A stretch of DNA of 64,000 bases from Eubacteriales bacterium (GTDB lineage: Bacteria; Bacillota; Clostridia; Oscillospirales; CAG-272): NCBI GenBank assembly GCA_045546615.1, contig JAZQDD010000013.1:2879-66878 (forward strand), in the 5' to 3' direction. The notes under the pieces are model-generated. The model ran no database searches. It saw nothing but the letters and a program-made list of their open reading frames with translations, and had not been told where the DNA came from. The position numbers and the translations under genes are program-made. This document shows positions 16,637 through 27,225 of this stretch, piece after piece. Numbering within the stretch: the first letter of the stretch is position 1; every line of letters begins with the position of its first letter.

Positions 16637-18331
16637 TTACTCAACAGTATCGGTTATTTCCTCGACAGGAGCATCATCTATGGGGTCTTCCTCGACAGGA
16701 GCATCATCTACGGGAACTTCTTCTATAGGTGCTTCCTCGGTGGGGACTTCTTCGGAAGATGCATCTTCGGCAGGAACTTCTTCGTCGATGTTTTCTTCAA
16801 TAGGAACTTCTTCAAAAGGAACTTCCAAAACGGGGGCGGCATCAATAGCGGCAGGTGTTGAAACCGAAGCCTCGCTTGCTGTCTTGGCGGCTACAACAGC
16901 GGCGGCAGTAGCGGCGGCAACAGTCGCGGCAACCGTGGTAGCGGTGTCCACAGCCTGCTGTACGCTATCCACTATGCGGTTAGCTTTTTCAAGCTCCTCA
17001 TCGGGAGTGGGGGCGGTGCAGGTAAGTATCTCGAGACATTCAAGCGGCTCAAGCTGGGGACAAAGCTTTTTGCCCAAAACTCGCATAAGGACTTCCGCAA
17101 CAATAAATACCAGCATTCCTGCAATAAGCATATATGCATAAATTTGCCCATCACCGAGATCAATAAATGGAACGGAGATGGAAGAAGTCAAGTTTTCAAG
17201 GGAGAGAAGCATGGGAATGCAAGCAAATATCAAGCCAATGACGGCGGGGCAAATAAATGTAGGAATCTTCGCCTTTCTGTCGTTTACACCGCAAGCAATA
17301 CGGGATAACAACAATGGGAAATAATTGATGCCAAGCAGTCCAACTACAAGCCCCACGATGTATACTGCCAAAATTGCAATGAACGAAACGAGCGCGGAAT
17401 CTGATGTCTCGACAAACGCAAGAATGGGCTCTCTTATCAATGCGGGATATCCGATCTTCAATACAGAGTAAAGTGCAAGTACCGCACCCGCAAGCGAAAC
17501 GAGAGATGTCAGTTGAGCGATCAAGCGATATTTTCTCTTTTCGGGCGAAGTGGGGGTGAGCCACGCAAGAGCCGTAAGGAGAGCGATACAAACTATGTAA
17601 CACGCATACAATACTTTCCAGCCCGAACCTGCGCCGAATTGAGGGAAGAGAAGTTGCAAAATGGGCAGGGCGAGAGCGTATGTTGCGGCAGACATAACCG
17701 AATAAACAATCGGGTATTCGCTTTTTCTGAGGTGTGTGATGTTAACAATGGCTCTTATGAGGATTACAAGCGAATAAATGGGGAGTGCAAACACTGCCAA
17801 TATTAACCAAACAACAGCGAAAAGAAGCTGGATAAGCGGTGTGGATTGGAGCAGTACCGAAACGGCAGAACCGTAGTCCTTGTAGCTTTCAGCATCTGCA
17901 GGAGTAGGGAGTACCATTTCTGCGGCTGAAATGATAAACAGACAGTAATCGCGCTTTCCCTCGTCCTCGAAGCTTGAGAGATCACGTTCATCCTTGGGGG
18001 TGATATCTGGCATTTCGGGTGTCGTTCCCGAAGGAATCGCGAAGAAATAATCGTTCATCGCGCAATAATCTGAATAAAGGCTAAAGGTGTTGGGGATCTC
18101 AAAAAGCATAAGAATAAAATCCGTAAGTGAAAATTCGTACGTATCGGGTGCTTTTTTGATCTCGTCATCCATTTCGATAAATTCGACGAATTCATCAACA
18201 CCGTCAGTAACGCTTGAGGCGTCAAAGGTGAAGATCGGAGTAAAGAAGCACGAAAGGAGAGCCGCGAGCATGATGATGCTGACAAGCACTCTGAATTTAG
18301 AGACTATCTCTCTTTTGGTAGCTTGAGTCAT
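16637..18331 (-). CDS. polytopic membrane protein with Ala/Thr-rich and acidic decapeptide-repeat C-terminal tail
   Basis: 564 aa with GGAGG RBS and at least 8 hydrophobic helices. The C-terminus reads ...LEVPFEEVPIEENIDEEVPAEDASSEEVPTEEAPIEEVPVDDAPVEEDPIDDAPVEE. I recognise no family. Confidence 0.7.
   Translation of the reverse strand: MTQATKREIVSKFRVLVSIIMLAALLSCFFTPIFTFDASSVTDGVDEFVEFIEMDDEIKKAPDTYEFSLTDFILMLFEIPNTFSLYSDYCAMNDYFFAIPSGTTPEMPDITPKDERDLSSFEDEGKRDYCLFIISAAEMVLPTPADAESYKDYGSAVSVLLQSTPLIQLLFAVVWLILAVFALPIYSLVILIRAIVNITHLRKSEYPIVYSVMSAATYALALPILQLLFPQFGAGSGWKVLYACYIVCIALLTALAWLTPTSPEKRKYRLIAQLTSLVSLAGAVLALYSVLKIGYPALIREPILAFVETSDSALVSFIAILAVYIVGLVVGLLGINYFPLLLSRIACGVNDRKAKIPTFICPAVIGLIFACIPMLLSLENLTSSISVPFIDLGDGQIYAYMLIAGMLVFIVAEVLMRVLGKKLCPQLEPLECLEILTCTAPTPDEELEKANRIVDSVQQAVDTATTVAATVAAATAAAVVAAKTASEASVSTPAAIDAAPVLEVPFEEVPIEENIDEEVPAEDASSEEVPTEEAPIEEVPVDDAPVEEDPIDDAPVEEITDTVE
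16655..16830 (-). repeat. about 30-bp periodic tandem repeats inside CDS encoding acidic decapeptide repeats
   Basis: 16661-16690 and 16691-16720 are 27/30 identical (CTCGACAGGAGCATCATCTA...CTTC). Degenerate copies ending in ACTTC continue to about 16826. Confidence 0.8.
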
Positions 18332-18361
18332 GATTATCCTCCATATAATTTAGATAGATTA

Positions 18362-18390
18362 ATTTTAACATCTAAAATGAATTTTGTCAA
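18362..18390 (-). promoter_or_regulatory. promoter of acidic-tail membrane protein gene
   Basis: On the minus strand: TTGACA (complement of 18385-18390), 17 nt, TAAAAT (complement of 18362-18367). Confidence 0.5.
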
Positions 18391-18397
18391 CCTTTAT

Positions 18398-18432
18398 GCA
18401 AAAAAGCGGCGAAGATCGCCGCTTTTTTTGCA
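18398..18432 (-). terminator. intrinsic terminator after gdhA
   Basis: GCGGCG-AAGAT-CGCCGC stem-loop flanked by A7/T7 runs (GCAAAAAAAGCGGCG...CGCCGCTTTTTTTGC). Confidence 0.8.
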
Positions 18433-18443
18433 TAAATGATTTA

Positions 18444-19852
<1,409 letters not shown>

Positions 19853-19874
19853 TAGAAAATTGCATCTATTGGCT

Positions 19875-22313
19875 TTAATTTTCCGCATTTGTATAAAAAT
19901 TAAGCTTTTTTTCGGTATTGTCAAGTCGGATGGATATCTTGTTTGGCGCATCATTGCCCATTTCGACAAGCATCGCCGCCAGCGGATTTTCCACAAGAAT
20001 TGCTATTTGCCTGCGAAGCTCACGCGCCCCCTTGTTTTGTGTACTTGCGCAAACGTGTTCAATTGCGTCGGGGGAGAAAGTTAATTCAATTCCTCGCATT
20101 GCGGCGCGGTGTATCACTTCCTTAAGCATCCCATTGCATATTTTTATCAGGCTGTCGTTGGCAAGAGGGGGGAAGTAAATTATTTCATCAACTCTATCAA
20201 GAAATTCGGGACGGAACAAGTCTTCGACGGAACGCCGCGCGATCTTCTCGTTTTCCGCATCAGCCGCATCGTTCACAAATCCTATCCCGTTTCTTTTTTC
20301 CTGTCTGCTTCCGAGATTTGAAGTCATTATCACCACCGTGTTGCGAAAGCTCACCTTGCGCCCCTGTGAGTCGGTCAGTTGCCCATCCTCGAGTAATTGG
20401 AGAAGAAGATTCATTATCTCGGGGTGCGCCTTTTCTATTTCATCGAACAGCACCACAGAGTACGGTTTTCGGCGTACTTTTTCGGTAAGCTGTCCGCCGT
20501 CGTCATATCCGACGTAACCGGGCGGCGAGCCGATAAGGCGCGAAATGCTGTGCTTTTCCATATATTCCGACATATCAATACGCAAAAGCGCGTTTTCTGT
20601 ACCGAAAAGTTCGCGCGCAAGCGCGTGGCAAAGCGCGGTCTTGCCAACGCCGCTATTTCCGCAGAAAATAAAAGAACCTATCGGGCGGTTGGGTGAACCG
20701 ATAGCGGAGCGCCCGCGTATTATCGCTGATACGACTGCATCTACAGCTTTGTCTTGTCCGACTATCTCATCCTTTAGATCCGAGGAGAGCTGTTTTAGTC
20801 TCTCGCCCTCTTTTTCCGTTACCTTGCTGACGGGGATGCCGGTCCAATCTGTCACCGCCTCTGCTATCTCCGCGTATCCTATCACGGTGTCCCCCTCGGA
20901 TTTTCTCTCGTCATTGTGAGAAATGATCAGCTTTTCATACTCTGTTCTTATTAGCTTTTCTTCATCCCGAAGAGCAGCGGCTCGCTCGAAGTTTTGGCTT
21001 CCTATCGCTTCTTCCTTTTCGTGAACGACTGCGTGAAGTCTGTTTTCGATCTCCTTTATATCTCTTGGAGTGTAATTTGTCTGTATTCGCTTTCTTGCGG
21101 CGGCTTCATCAATTAGATCTATCGCTTTGTCGGGTAGGAATCTATCGTTGACATATCTCACGGAGAGCGAAACTGCGGCTTTTAGCGCTTCATCACTTAT
21201 TTTCAAGCGATGATGAGCCTCGTATTTGTCGCGCAAGCCACGAAGGATATTTAGCGTTTCATCTTCGGTCGGTTCACTTACAAAGACGGGTTGGAAACGT
21301 CTTTCGAGTGCCGCGTCCTTTTCGATGTGCTTTCGATATTCCTCGAGAGTTGTTGCGCCGATCAACTGTATCTCTCCGCGTGCAAGTGCGGGCTTTAAAA
21401 TGTTTGAAGCATCTACTGCCCCCTCCGCCGCACCCGCGCCTATCATTGTGTGTATTTCGTCGATAAAAAGTATCACGTCACGGTCTTTATCTATCTCGTC
21501 CATAACGGAGCGCATTCGTTCCTCAAACTCTCCGCGATATTTTGCCCCCGCTATCATAGAGGAGATGTCAAGACTTATTATCCGCTTGGATTCAAGCATA
21601 TCGGGCACGTTGCCCTCTATTATTCTTTGGGCAAGGCCTTCGGCAACTGCGGTTTTACCGACACCCGGCTCGCCAATGAGGCAGGGGTTGTTTTTGCGTC
21701 TCCTGCAAACTATCTGTATAACTCGCTCCGTCTCGCTATCACGCCCGATAACGGGATCTATCTTTCCTTGCATAGCGGCGGCGGTGAGGTCTCTGCCGTA
21801 TTTCATTAAGGTCGGCAGTGTACCGTCTTGCTTGTGCCGCGCTTTGCGTGTTGGCAGACGCGATGCCCCCGGGAGATTTGAAATGCTTTCCAAAAAAGCC
21901 GCAATATCCCCTCGCACGTCCTGTGTGTTCACTCCGATGGATTCAAGTAAGCGCACTGCGACACAGTCGCGTTCTTCTATTATAGCAAGGAGCAAATGCT
22001 CTGTGCCGATATATCCATGTGAATAGCGCGCGGAAATATCGGATGATGCCTCGATTATTTTTTTGGTACGAGGTGTCATATCTGACGGAATGAGAGCTGT
22101 TGCCCCGCCGCCGCCAAGCTCGGCGGCGGCGTTTTGGAGTTTGTCTATATCTGCTCCGCGCGCATAAAGCAGTTTATATGCCGCAGAATCCGTTTCGCGC
22201 AAAAGGCCGAGCAGTAAATGCTCCGAACCGATATAACCGTGCTTTAGCTCCTTGGCGATCAGCAGTGCGTTATTCAATGTGTTCTGCGCTTTTTGTGTGA
22301 ACTTGCTTTTCAT
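19875..22313 (-). CDS. clpC: ATP-dependent Clp protease ATP-binding subunit ClpC
   Basis: Two Clp_N repeats (GYIGSEHLLLGLL / GYIGTEHLLLAII). Walker A motifs GEPGVGKTA and GNSGVGKT. UVR-like QNFERAAALRDEE. Confidence 0.9.
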   Translation of the reverse strand: MKSKFTQKAQNTLNNALLIAKELKHGYIGSEHLLLGLLRETDSAAYKLLYARGADIDKLQNAAAELGGGGATALIPSDMTPRTKKIIEASSDISARYSHGYIGTEHLLLAIIEERDCVAVRLLESIGVNTQDVRGDIAAFLESISNLPGASRLPTRKARHKQDGTLPTLMKYGRDLTAAAMQGKIDPVIGRDSETERVIQIVCRRRKNNPCLIGEPGVGKTAVAEGLAQRIIEGNVPDMLESKRIISLDISSMIAGAKYRGEFEERMRSVMDEIDKDRDVILFIDEIHTMIGAGAAEGAVDASNILKPALARGEIQLIGATTLEEYRKHIEKDAALERRFQPVFVSEPTEDETLNILRGLRDKYEAHHRLKISDEALKAAVSLSVRYVNDRFLPDKAIDLIDEAAARKRIQTNYTPRDIKEIENRLHAVVHEKEEAIGSQNFERAAALRDEEKLIRTEYEKLIISHNDERKSEGDTVIGYAEIAEAVTDWTGIPVSKVTEKEGERLKQLSSDLKDEIVGQDKAVDAVVSAIIRGRSAIGSPNRPIGSFIFCGNSGVGKTALCHALARELFGTENALLRIDMSEYMEKHSISRLIGSPPGYVGYDDGGQLTEKVRRKPYSVVLFDEIEKAHPEIMNLLLQLLEDGQLTDSQGRKVSFRNTVVIMTSNLGSRQEKRNGIGFVNDAADAENEKIARRSVEDLFRPEFLDRVDEIIYFPPLANDSLIKICNGMLKEVIHRAAMRGIELTFSPDAIEHVCASTQNKGARELRRQIAILVENPLAAMLVEMGNDAPNKISIRLDNTEKKLNFYTNAEN

Positions 22314-22366
22314 ATATTACCGTCCCAAAATAGTATTATACTATTTTATGACGCCCCAAAGAAATT

Positions 22367-22900
22367 TTATTCCTTTGAATACAGTCCGCGTTTCTCATAT
22401 TGACGTATTAGAGCATTCCAAGTTCTGCGGTCGACCTTTCCCGTTTCATCAAGGGAAGAACCGCGCTGTATTACCTTGACGGCGTTTTCGGTTGCCGCGT
22501 CAAAGATACCGCTTTGCTCAACCTCGGGCAAAAAGCTGTAGATCAATGATATTTCCGCCAGAATATGCTGTATTGCCTCAACTAAAAAGCCGCTGTCTCC
22601 CATTTGCGCCGAGTAATCTGTCGGTGTCACGGGAAAGGGCGAGAACGACATTGGTAAAAGGTTTTTTTCGAGTGATAAAAGGTATTCGCCGTATATTCTG
22701 TCCCACGTTTGCTTGTCGGCTATCCCCGTGATTCCAAGACCGTTCAGACGTTGAAATTCCCGTATTGCGGCTGTTGTATCACTGCCGATGACTCCGTCTA
22801 TTGGGGGAAGGGGTATTTCAGGCTCGAAATATGCAAGCTGGCGCAGATACCGTTGAAGATTTTGCCTTGCTATTCTATCAGTTATCTCATTTTTAGCCAT
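22367..22900 (-). CDS. peptidoglycan-binding (PG_binding_1) domain protein
   Basis: Two repeats of the G(V/I)xGxxTxxA(I/V)xxFQ pattern (DGVIGSDTTAAIREFQRLNGL; GIFDAATENAVKVIQ). GGAGG RBS. Confidence 0.75.
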   Translation of the reverse strand: MAKNEITDRIARQNLQRYLRQLAYFEPEIPLPPIDGVIGSDTTAAIREFQRLNGLGITGIADKQTWDRIYGEYLLSLEKNLLPMSFSPFPVTPTDYSAQMGDSGFLVEAIQHILAEISLIYSFLPEVEQSGIFDAATENAVKVIQRGSSLDETGKVDRRTWNALIRQYEKRGLYSKE

Positions 22901-22913
22901 AGTATCCTCCTTG

Positions 22914-24341
22914 TTATTCTACGGGGAAGCCCGGGTACTGTCCCTCGCCTAAACGCTCACTCGCCGTAACGTCATCAAAGACTTTTCCTATCTCGTTCCA
23001 CGTTACCGCGTCAACCACTCCATTTGTCAGAGTAAGCCCAAACAGCTCCTGAAACGCGCTGACTGCGCTTTCTGTTTGATTGCCGAAATACCCCGTTACA
23101 TTGACCTGCGGTATCTCGCCGTAAACCTCGCCTATTCTGTTAAGATACCGTTGCAGAATGCTGACGTCCTCGCCTTCCGCACCGATTCGCAGTATTACGC
23201 CGGGAAAGGGAATTGCCGCACTTTCGGAGTACTCGGGCGGGATAGTTGAAATTATACCAAGATATGCGTTATACATTCTGTTCCATGTATCCTCTCCTAC
23301 AATGCCGTCGGGTGTAAGGCCGAAGGTGTTTTGCATATCTATAACCGCCGCCTCTGTAGAAGGGCCGAAAATGCCGTCGCGGTCGACACGGGGAATGGAG
23401 CTGTAAAATTCGGCAAGGTAGTTTATATAATATTGAAGATTCTCCACGGGATTGCCGCGCGAGCCGCTGCGCAGTACCTCGGGAAGCTCCTGCGATACCT
23501 CTGAAAGAGTGACTCCTTCGGAATCAAGCTCATTGAGGCGTTTTACCGCGTTGTAGTAAAACAGTATAGCATACCAAGTGGCTTTGCCTACGATACCGTC
23601 CTCGGTTATACCCACGATACGCTGAAATTCCCGCACGGATTCCTCGGTGTCAAACGAGAAAATGCCGTCGGTCACGGATATTTTGGGGATCGAAGGATAA
23701 TTGTCCGCTATTCTGTTGAGGCGCACTTGGATGGTGCGCACATCGTTGTTTCGTGCGCCGAGGCGCAAGGGGATGGATGGCGCAGATTCCTCGGCGTTAC
23801 CGAGGGGAGCATTGATAACGATATCAATGTCGTTTCCGTAGTAGTTTTGCAGGATGTCGTACGGCGTATAGCCTCGCTCTGCGAGAGTTACGCTTCCCCA
23901 TTGCGAAAGTCCCGGACAGGTCACCTCAATACCGTCGCAGTAGGTGGCGAACAATGGCTCGACAAAGCCTTGTCGCACAATGTAATTGTCAAAAATATCG
24001 CCGGTTATATCGTTAATATTATCGAATATCTCGCGTCCGTCAACGTATGATTGGTCGTTTGCTATAGAATTGGTAATATCAAAATCATATCCGCGTGACG
24101 GATAAAATTCCGTATATATTCTATTCAAAGCAAAGCTTATTTGGGCAAGTATATTTGCCCGAAGTGCCGATTCGGGCCAGGTTGGGTATATTTCACTTGA
24201 GGCAACGTTGGCAATATACTCGCGAAAAGGAACAGTTACGTTGCGTGCGTTTGATTGCGGTGGGCCGAGGTGGACTGTGATATACTCGGGAATGATCGGC
24301 AGGATAGCGCCGCCGCTATCGGGTGTAATCGGGGAATTCAT
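22914..24341 (-). CDS. cell-wall protein: SpoIID/LytB-like N-terminal domain plus four PG_binding_1 repeats
   Basis: The N-terminal 180 aa (YIANVASSEIYPTWPESALRANILAQISFALNR...LSQWGS) resemble amidase-enhancer/SpoIID-like domains. Four DG(I/Y)FGxxTxxAVxxFQ repeats follow. 4-nt overlap with the upstream gene. Confidence 0.7.
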   Translation of the reverse strand: MNSPITPDSGGAILPIIPEYITVHLGPPQSNARNVTVPFREYIANVASSEIYPTWPESALRANILAQISFALNRIYTEFYPSRGYDFDITNSIANDQSYVDGREIFDNINDITGDIFDNYIVRQGFVEPLFATYCDGIEVTCPGLSQWGSVTLAERGYTPYDILQNYYGNDIDIVINAPLGNAEESAPSIPLRLGARNNDVRTIQVRLNRIADNYPSIPKISVTDGIFSFDTEESVREFQRIVGITEDGIVGKATWYAILFYYNAVKRLNELDSEGVTLSEVSQELPEVLRSGSRGNPVENLQYYINYLAEFYSSIPRVDRDGIFGPSTEAAVIDMQNTFGLTPDGIVGEDTWNRMYNAYLGIISTIPPEYSESAAIPFPGVILRIGAEGEDVSILQRYLNRIGEVYGEIPQVNVTGYFGNQTESAVSAFQELFGLTLTNGVVDAVTWNEIGKVFDDVTASERLGEGQYPGFPVE

Positions 24342-24790
24342 TCTTCACCTCCGTTTCCGTTAATACGGGAAAAACTCGACTCATCAAAGATCAATACGTC
24401 ATCGGGCACTTGTGTTCCCGACGTTCCGTTTTCGGGCAGGGGAATCAGATTTGCTGATTGTATTGACGTTATGCCGTCGAATATCGGGATATTTGTGTAT
24501 AGATTGCTGTGATACCCTTGGCGGCTCACGTCAACGCTGTACGTCGCATACGGTACGTCATACCCCGGTGTAGTAGATTGCTCGCGCGGCACGGTAGGAA
24601 GATAAATGCGCGGTGTAAGACCGCTGTTGTCGGTGATAAAGGATGCAATAGCATCGCCCTCGCCTTCATTTTCGTTCCGTACGGTCACGAGCGCCCCCTC
24701 GATCGGGATCGCCCCCTCGGCGGTTCTTACTGCGACTAACAGATACCCCGTAGCCGTCATATCGCTGTTGTTGGTTGGATTACCGTTCAT
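24338..24790 (-). CDS. carboxypeptidase-regulatory-like (CarboxypepD_reg) domain protein
   Basis: GYLLVAVRTAEGAIPIEGALVTV...TDNSGLTPRIYLP is the typical Ig-like carboxypeptidase-regulatory fold signature. GGAGG RBS. Confidence 0.6.
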   Translation of the reverse strand: MNGNPTNNSDMTATGYLLVAVRTAEGAIPIEGALVTVRNENEGEGDAIASFITDNSGLTPRIYLPTVPREQSTTPGYDVPYATYSVDVSRQGYHSNLYTNIPIFDGITSIQSANLIPLPENGTSGTQVPDDVLIFDESSFSRINGNGGEE

Positions 24791-24932
24791 AAAACACCTC
24801 CTAAATCACTATCTCTAAAATGTTATGCGGCAACGGCGCTTTTGTTGAAAATCTATATTTTTCAAAAATAATATTGATAAACGCAAAATATTGTGTTATA
24901 ATTGAGAAAACCCGATTGAAAGGAAGAAAACA

Positions 24933-25820
24933 ATGATCTACACTATCAAAAATGACCGCCTCTCGGTAAACGTTTCCGATTTCAAGGCGGAGCTTCATTC
25001 TATCGTATCCGTAAAGAATGGCAGAGAGTATCTCTGGCAGGGTGATGAACAGTTCTGGCGTGATCGCGCTATCATTCCGTTCCCTGTTTGTTGCCGCCTT
25101 ACCGATAATAAATATATCTACAACGGCAATACTTACGAAATGCGCCCCCACGGCTTTTTGCAGGCAAGCACTCCCGTTGTAGCCCAAAAGACCGATACAT
25201 CCATCACTCTCCGTCTTGAGAGCAACGATGAGCTGAAGGCTATCTACCCCTTTGATTTTACGCTTGACGTAAAGTACACCCTTGTAGGCAATGCAGTAAG
25301 AAACGAGATCACCGTATACAACAAGGGAGAGGGAATGATGTACTTCTCAACGGGTGGACACCCCGGACTTAACATCCCCTTCTGCGGCGGTAAGTTCGAG
25401 GATTACTACATCGAGTTCCCCGAGGCTGAGGACGTAAAGATGGTATACCTCACCGACGAGAGATTCAGAACGGGTGAGTACGTTGATTTCCCGCTTCGCG
25501 ACGGTAAGTATCTTGATATGGTACATAGCCTCTTTGACAGAGACGCCGTTTTCCTTGTAGGTACGGGAAGCAAGGCTATCCTTCGTAATAAAAACAACGC
25601 AAGCGAGGCTGTTATTGTTGACCATTCCGCTTCTCGTTGCCCCTACCTCGGTCTGTGGCACAAGCCCCTTACCGAAGCCCCCTATTGCTGCGTAGAGCCT
25701 TTCTTTGGCACTCCCTCGCTTGACGGCGTGGTAGATGATATCGCAAAGAAGGACGACATCGTTGCACTTTCCGCAGGCGAGAGCTTCCGCCTTGCTTTTG
25801 ATATCGTTATCGAGGACTAA
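24933..25820 (+). CDS. aldose 1-epimerase family protein (LacX-like)
   Basis: 295 aa. Galactose-mutarotase-like blocks (YLWQGD..FW...IPFPVCCRL, MRPHGF, TGGHPG). Confidence 0.75.
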   Translation: MIYTIKNDRLSVNVSDFKAELHSIVSVKNGREYLWQGDEQFWRDRAIIPFPVCCRLTDNKYIYNGNTYEMRPHGFLQASTPVVAQKTDTSITLRLESNDELKAIYPFDFTLDVKYTLVGNAVRNEITVYNKGEGMMYFSTGGHPGLNIPFCGGKFEDYYIEFPEAEDVKMVYLTDERFRTGEYVDFPLRDGKYLDMVHSLFDRDAVFLVGTGSKAILRNKNNASEAVIVDHSASRCPYLGLWHKPLTEAPYCCVEPFFGTPSLDGVVDDIAKKDDIVALSAGESFRLAFDIVIED

Positions 25821-25897
25821 AAAACCACTCGCAAACCGCGCAAAAGCGCGGTTTGCGAAAAAAAGAGAAAAAATTCGAAATTTTTTTAAAAAAGGTA

Positions 25898-25926
25898 TTG
25901 ACAATTCTACTTTGATTTGATATAAT
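25898..25926 (+). promoter_or_regulatory. consensus extended -10 promoter of tRNA-Thr
   Basis: TTGACA 25898-25903, 17 nt, TGATATAAT with TATAAT at 25921-25926. The tRNA starts at 25940. Confidence 0.7.
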
Positions 25927-25939
25927 ATCATCTGTTGAC

Positions 25940-26015
25940 GCTGCTATGGCTCAGTTGGTAGAGCACATGCTTGGTAAGCATGAGGTCATCAGTTCGACTC
26001 TGATTAGCAGCTCCA
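25940..26015 (+). tRNA. tRNA-Thr (anticodon GGT), CCA encoded
   Basis: Cloverleaf read by hand: acceptor GCTGCTA/TAGCAGC, D arm GCTC-AGTTGGTA-GAGC, anticodon arm CATGC-TTGGTAA-GCATG, T arm ATCAG-TTCGACT-CTGAT, then TCCA. Confidence 0.9.
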
Positions 26016-26017
26016 AA

Positions 26018-26044
26018 ACCCAAGTCTTTTGGCTTGGGTTTTTG
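26018..26044 (+). terminator. intrinsic terminator after tRNA-Thr
   Basis: ACCCAAG-TCTTTTGG-CTTGGGT stem-loop, followed by TTTTGCTTTG. Confidence 0.7.
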
Positions 26045-26057
26045 CTTTGTATAGAAA

Positions 26058-26092
26058 ACCAGCGCAGCGACATCTTGCATCACTGCGCTGGT
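26058..26092. terminator. bidirectional terminator (end of THUMP methyltransferase operon)
   Basis: ACCAGCGCAG (26058-26067) pairs with CTGCGCTGGT (26083-26092), flanked by AAAA and TTTTT. Confidence 0.7.
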
Positions 26093-26094
26093 TT

Positions 26095-27225
26095 TTATCT
26101 CTGCGGTTTGAAAAATTGATATAAGTACGCGGGTATAGTTCCGTTGTATAGCTTGCGAACCTTGTCGGCGCGTCTGCCGTAGAGCCTTTCAAAATATTCG
26201 CACGAGGTCAGCACGTATACCTGCCACGGCTCCATGGCGCGAAATGTTGTGCCCATATCGCGGTATAGCCGTTCCGCGTCGCGCATCGACATCATTCTCT
26301 CGCCGTATGGAGGATTGCAAATGAGCGTTCCTTTGCAATCGGGAGAAGGCTTTTTTATTTTGCGCATATCGCCGTGAGCAAGCTCTATGTGAGATGATAC
26401 TCCCGCGCGCCGTGCGTTTTCTCTTGCTACGGTTATGCAATCGGGATCAATGTCACTGCCGCGTGCGACGAAATGTGAGTTACTTACAATGGCGCACCGC
26501 GCTTCCTCTCTCGCGTTTTCCCAAAGCTCATTCGGCAGGAAACCAAAGCTCTCTCCTGCAAATGAGCGTTCAAGTCCGGGTGCGCGGCGTGTGGCGATCA
26601 TCGCTCCCTCTATCACTATTGTTCCCGAGCCGCAGCAGGGGTCCCAAAGCATAATGTCCTCGCGCACTCTTGCAGTCAACGCTATTGCCGCCGCGAGCGT
26701 TTCACGAAGCGGCGCGGCGTTCGCGACAGGTCGGTATCCGCGCTTGTGCAGCGCAATACCCGATGTATCTATCATAAGGTACGCCTCGTCCTTGAAAATG
26801 AAAAACTCAATTTTCATCACGGCATCAGTCTCGGGCAGGACGGAAAGACCGTATTTTTCGCCAAGCCGTGTTGCGATGGATTTTTTTAGTATCTTCTGAC
26901 AATCGGGAATGGAAGTCAGTTGGCTTTTTATCGAATGTCCCGATACGGGAAAAGCGTTGTCTTTTTCGATATAGTTCTCCCATGGTAAAGCTCGGCATCC
27001 TTCAAAAAGAGCATCAAAGCTTGGAGCGGGGAACGGATCTCCAACGAGAACGTAAACACGCTCCGCAACGCGCAGATTTACGTTTGCGCGCGCGCAATCT
27101 ATGGGTTCGCCCGAAAACAGCACTCTGCCGTCCATCGTCATTATTCTTTTGAGTCCGAGGGCGTCGATCTCCTCGCCAAGGAGCTTCTCAAGCCCAAACA
27201 TGCAGGTAGCTACGTAAGTCAACAT
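26095..27225 (-). CDS. THUMP-domain class I SAM-dependent RNA methyltransferase (UPF0020/RlmL-YpsC-like)
   Basis: N-terminal ferredoxin-like/THUMP region, DPCCGSGT SAM motif, catalytic NPPYG. Its ATG overlaps the upstream stop (TAATG). Confidence 0.85.
   Translation of the reverse strand: MLTYVATCMFGLEKLLGEEIDALGLKRIMTMDGRVLFSGEPIDCARANVNLRVAERVYVLVGDPFPAPSFDALFEGCRALPWENYIEKDNAFPVSGHSIKSQLTSIPDCQKILKKSIATRLGEKYGLSVLPETDAVMKIEFFIFKDEAYLMIDTSGIALHKRGYRPVANAAPLRETLAAAIALTARVREDIMLWDPCCGSGTIVIEGAMIATRRAPGLERSFAGESFGFLPNELWENAREEARCAIVSNSHFVARGSDIDPDCITVARENARRAGVSSHIELAHGDMRKIKKPSPDCKGTLICNPPYGERMMSMRDAERLYRDMGTTFRAMEPWQVYVLTSCEYFERLYGRRADKVRKLYNGTIPAYLYQFFKPQR

Noticed and set aside
16655-16830. 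Possible CRISPR-like array, because of the regular ~30-bp repeats
   Set aside because: The repeats are contiguous with no unique spacers and lie in frame within a long CDS. They encode an acidic peptide repeat. No cas genes are nearby.
25830-25857. Hairpin CGCAAACCGCG...CGCGGTTTGCG after the aldose-epimerase gene, considered as a canonical terminator
   Set aside because: On the coding (plus) strand the stem is followed by an A-run, not a U-tract. It may still pause or terminate transcription, but it does not meet the intrinsic-terminator pattern, so it is not listed as a feature.
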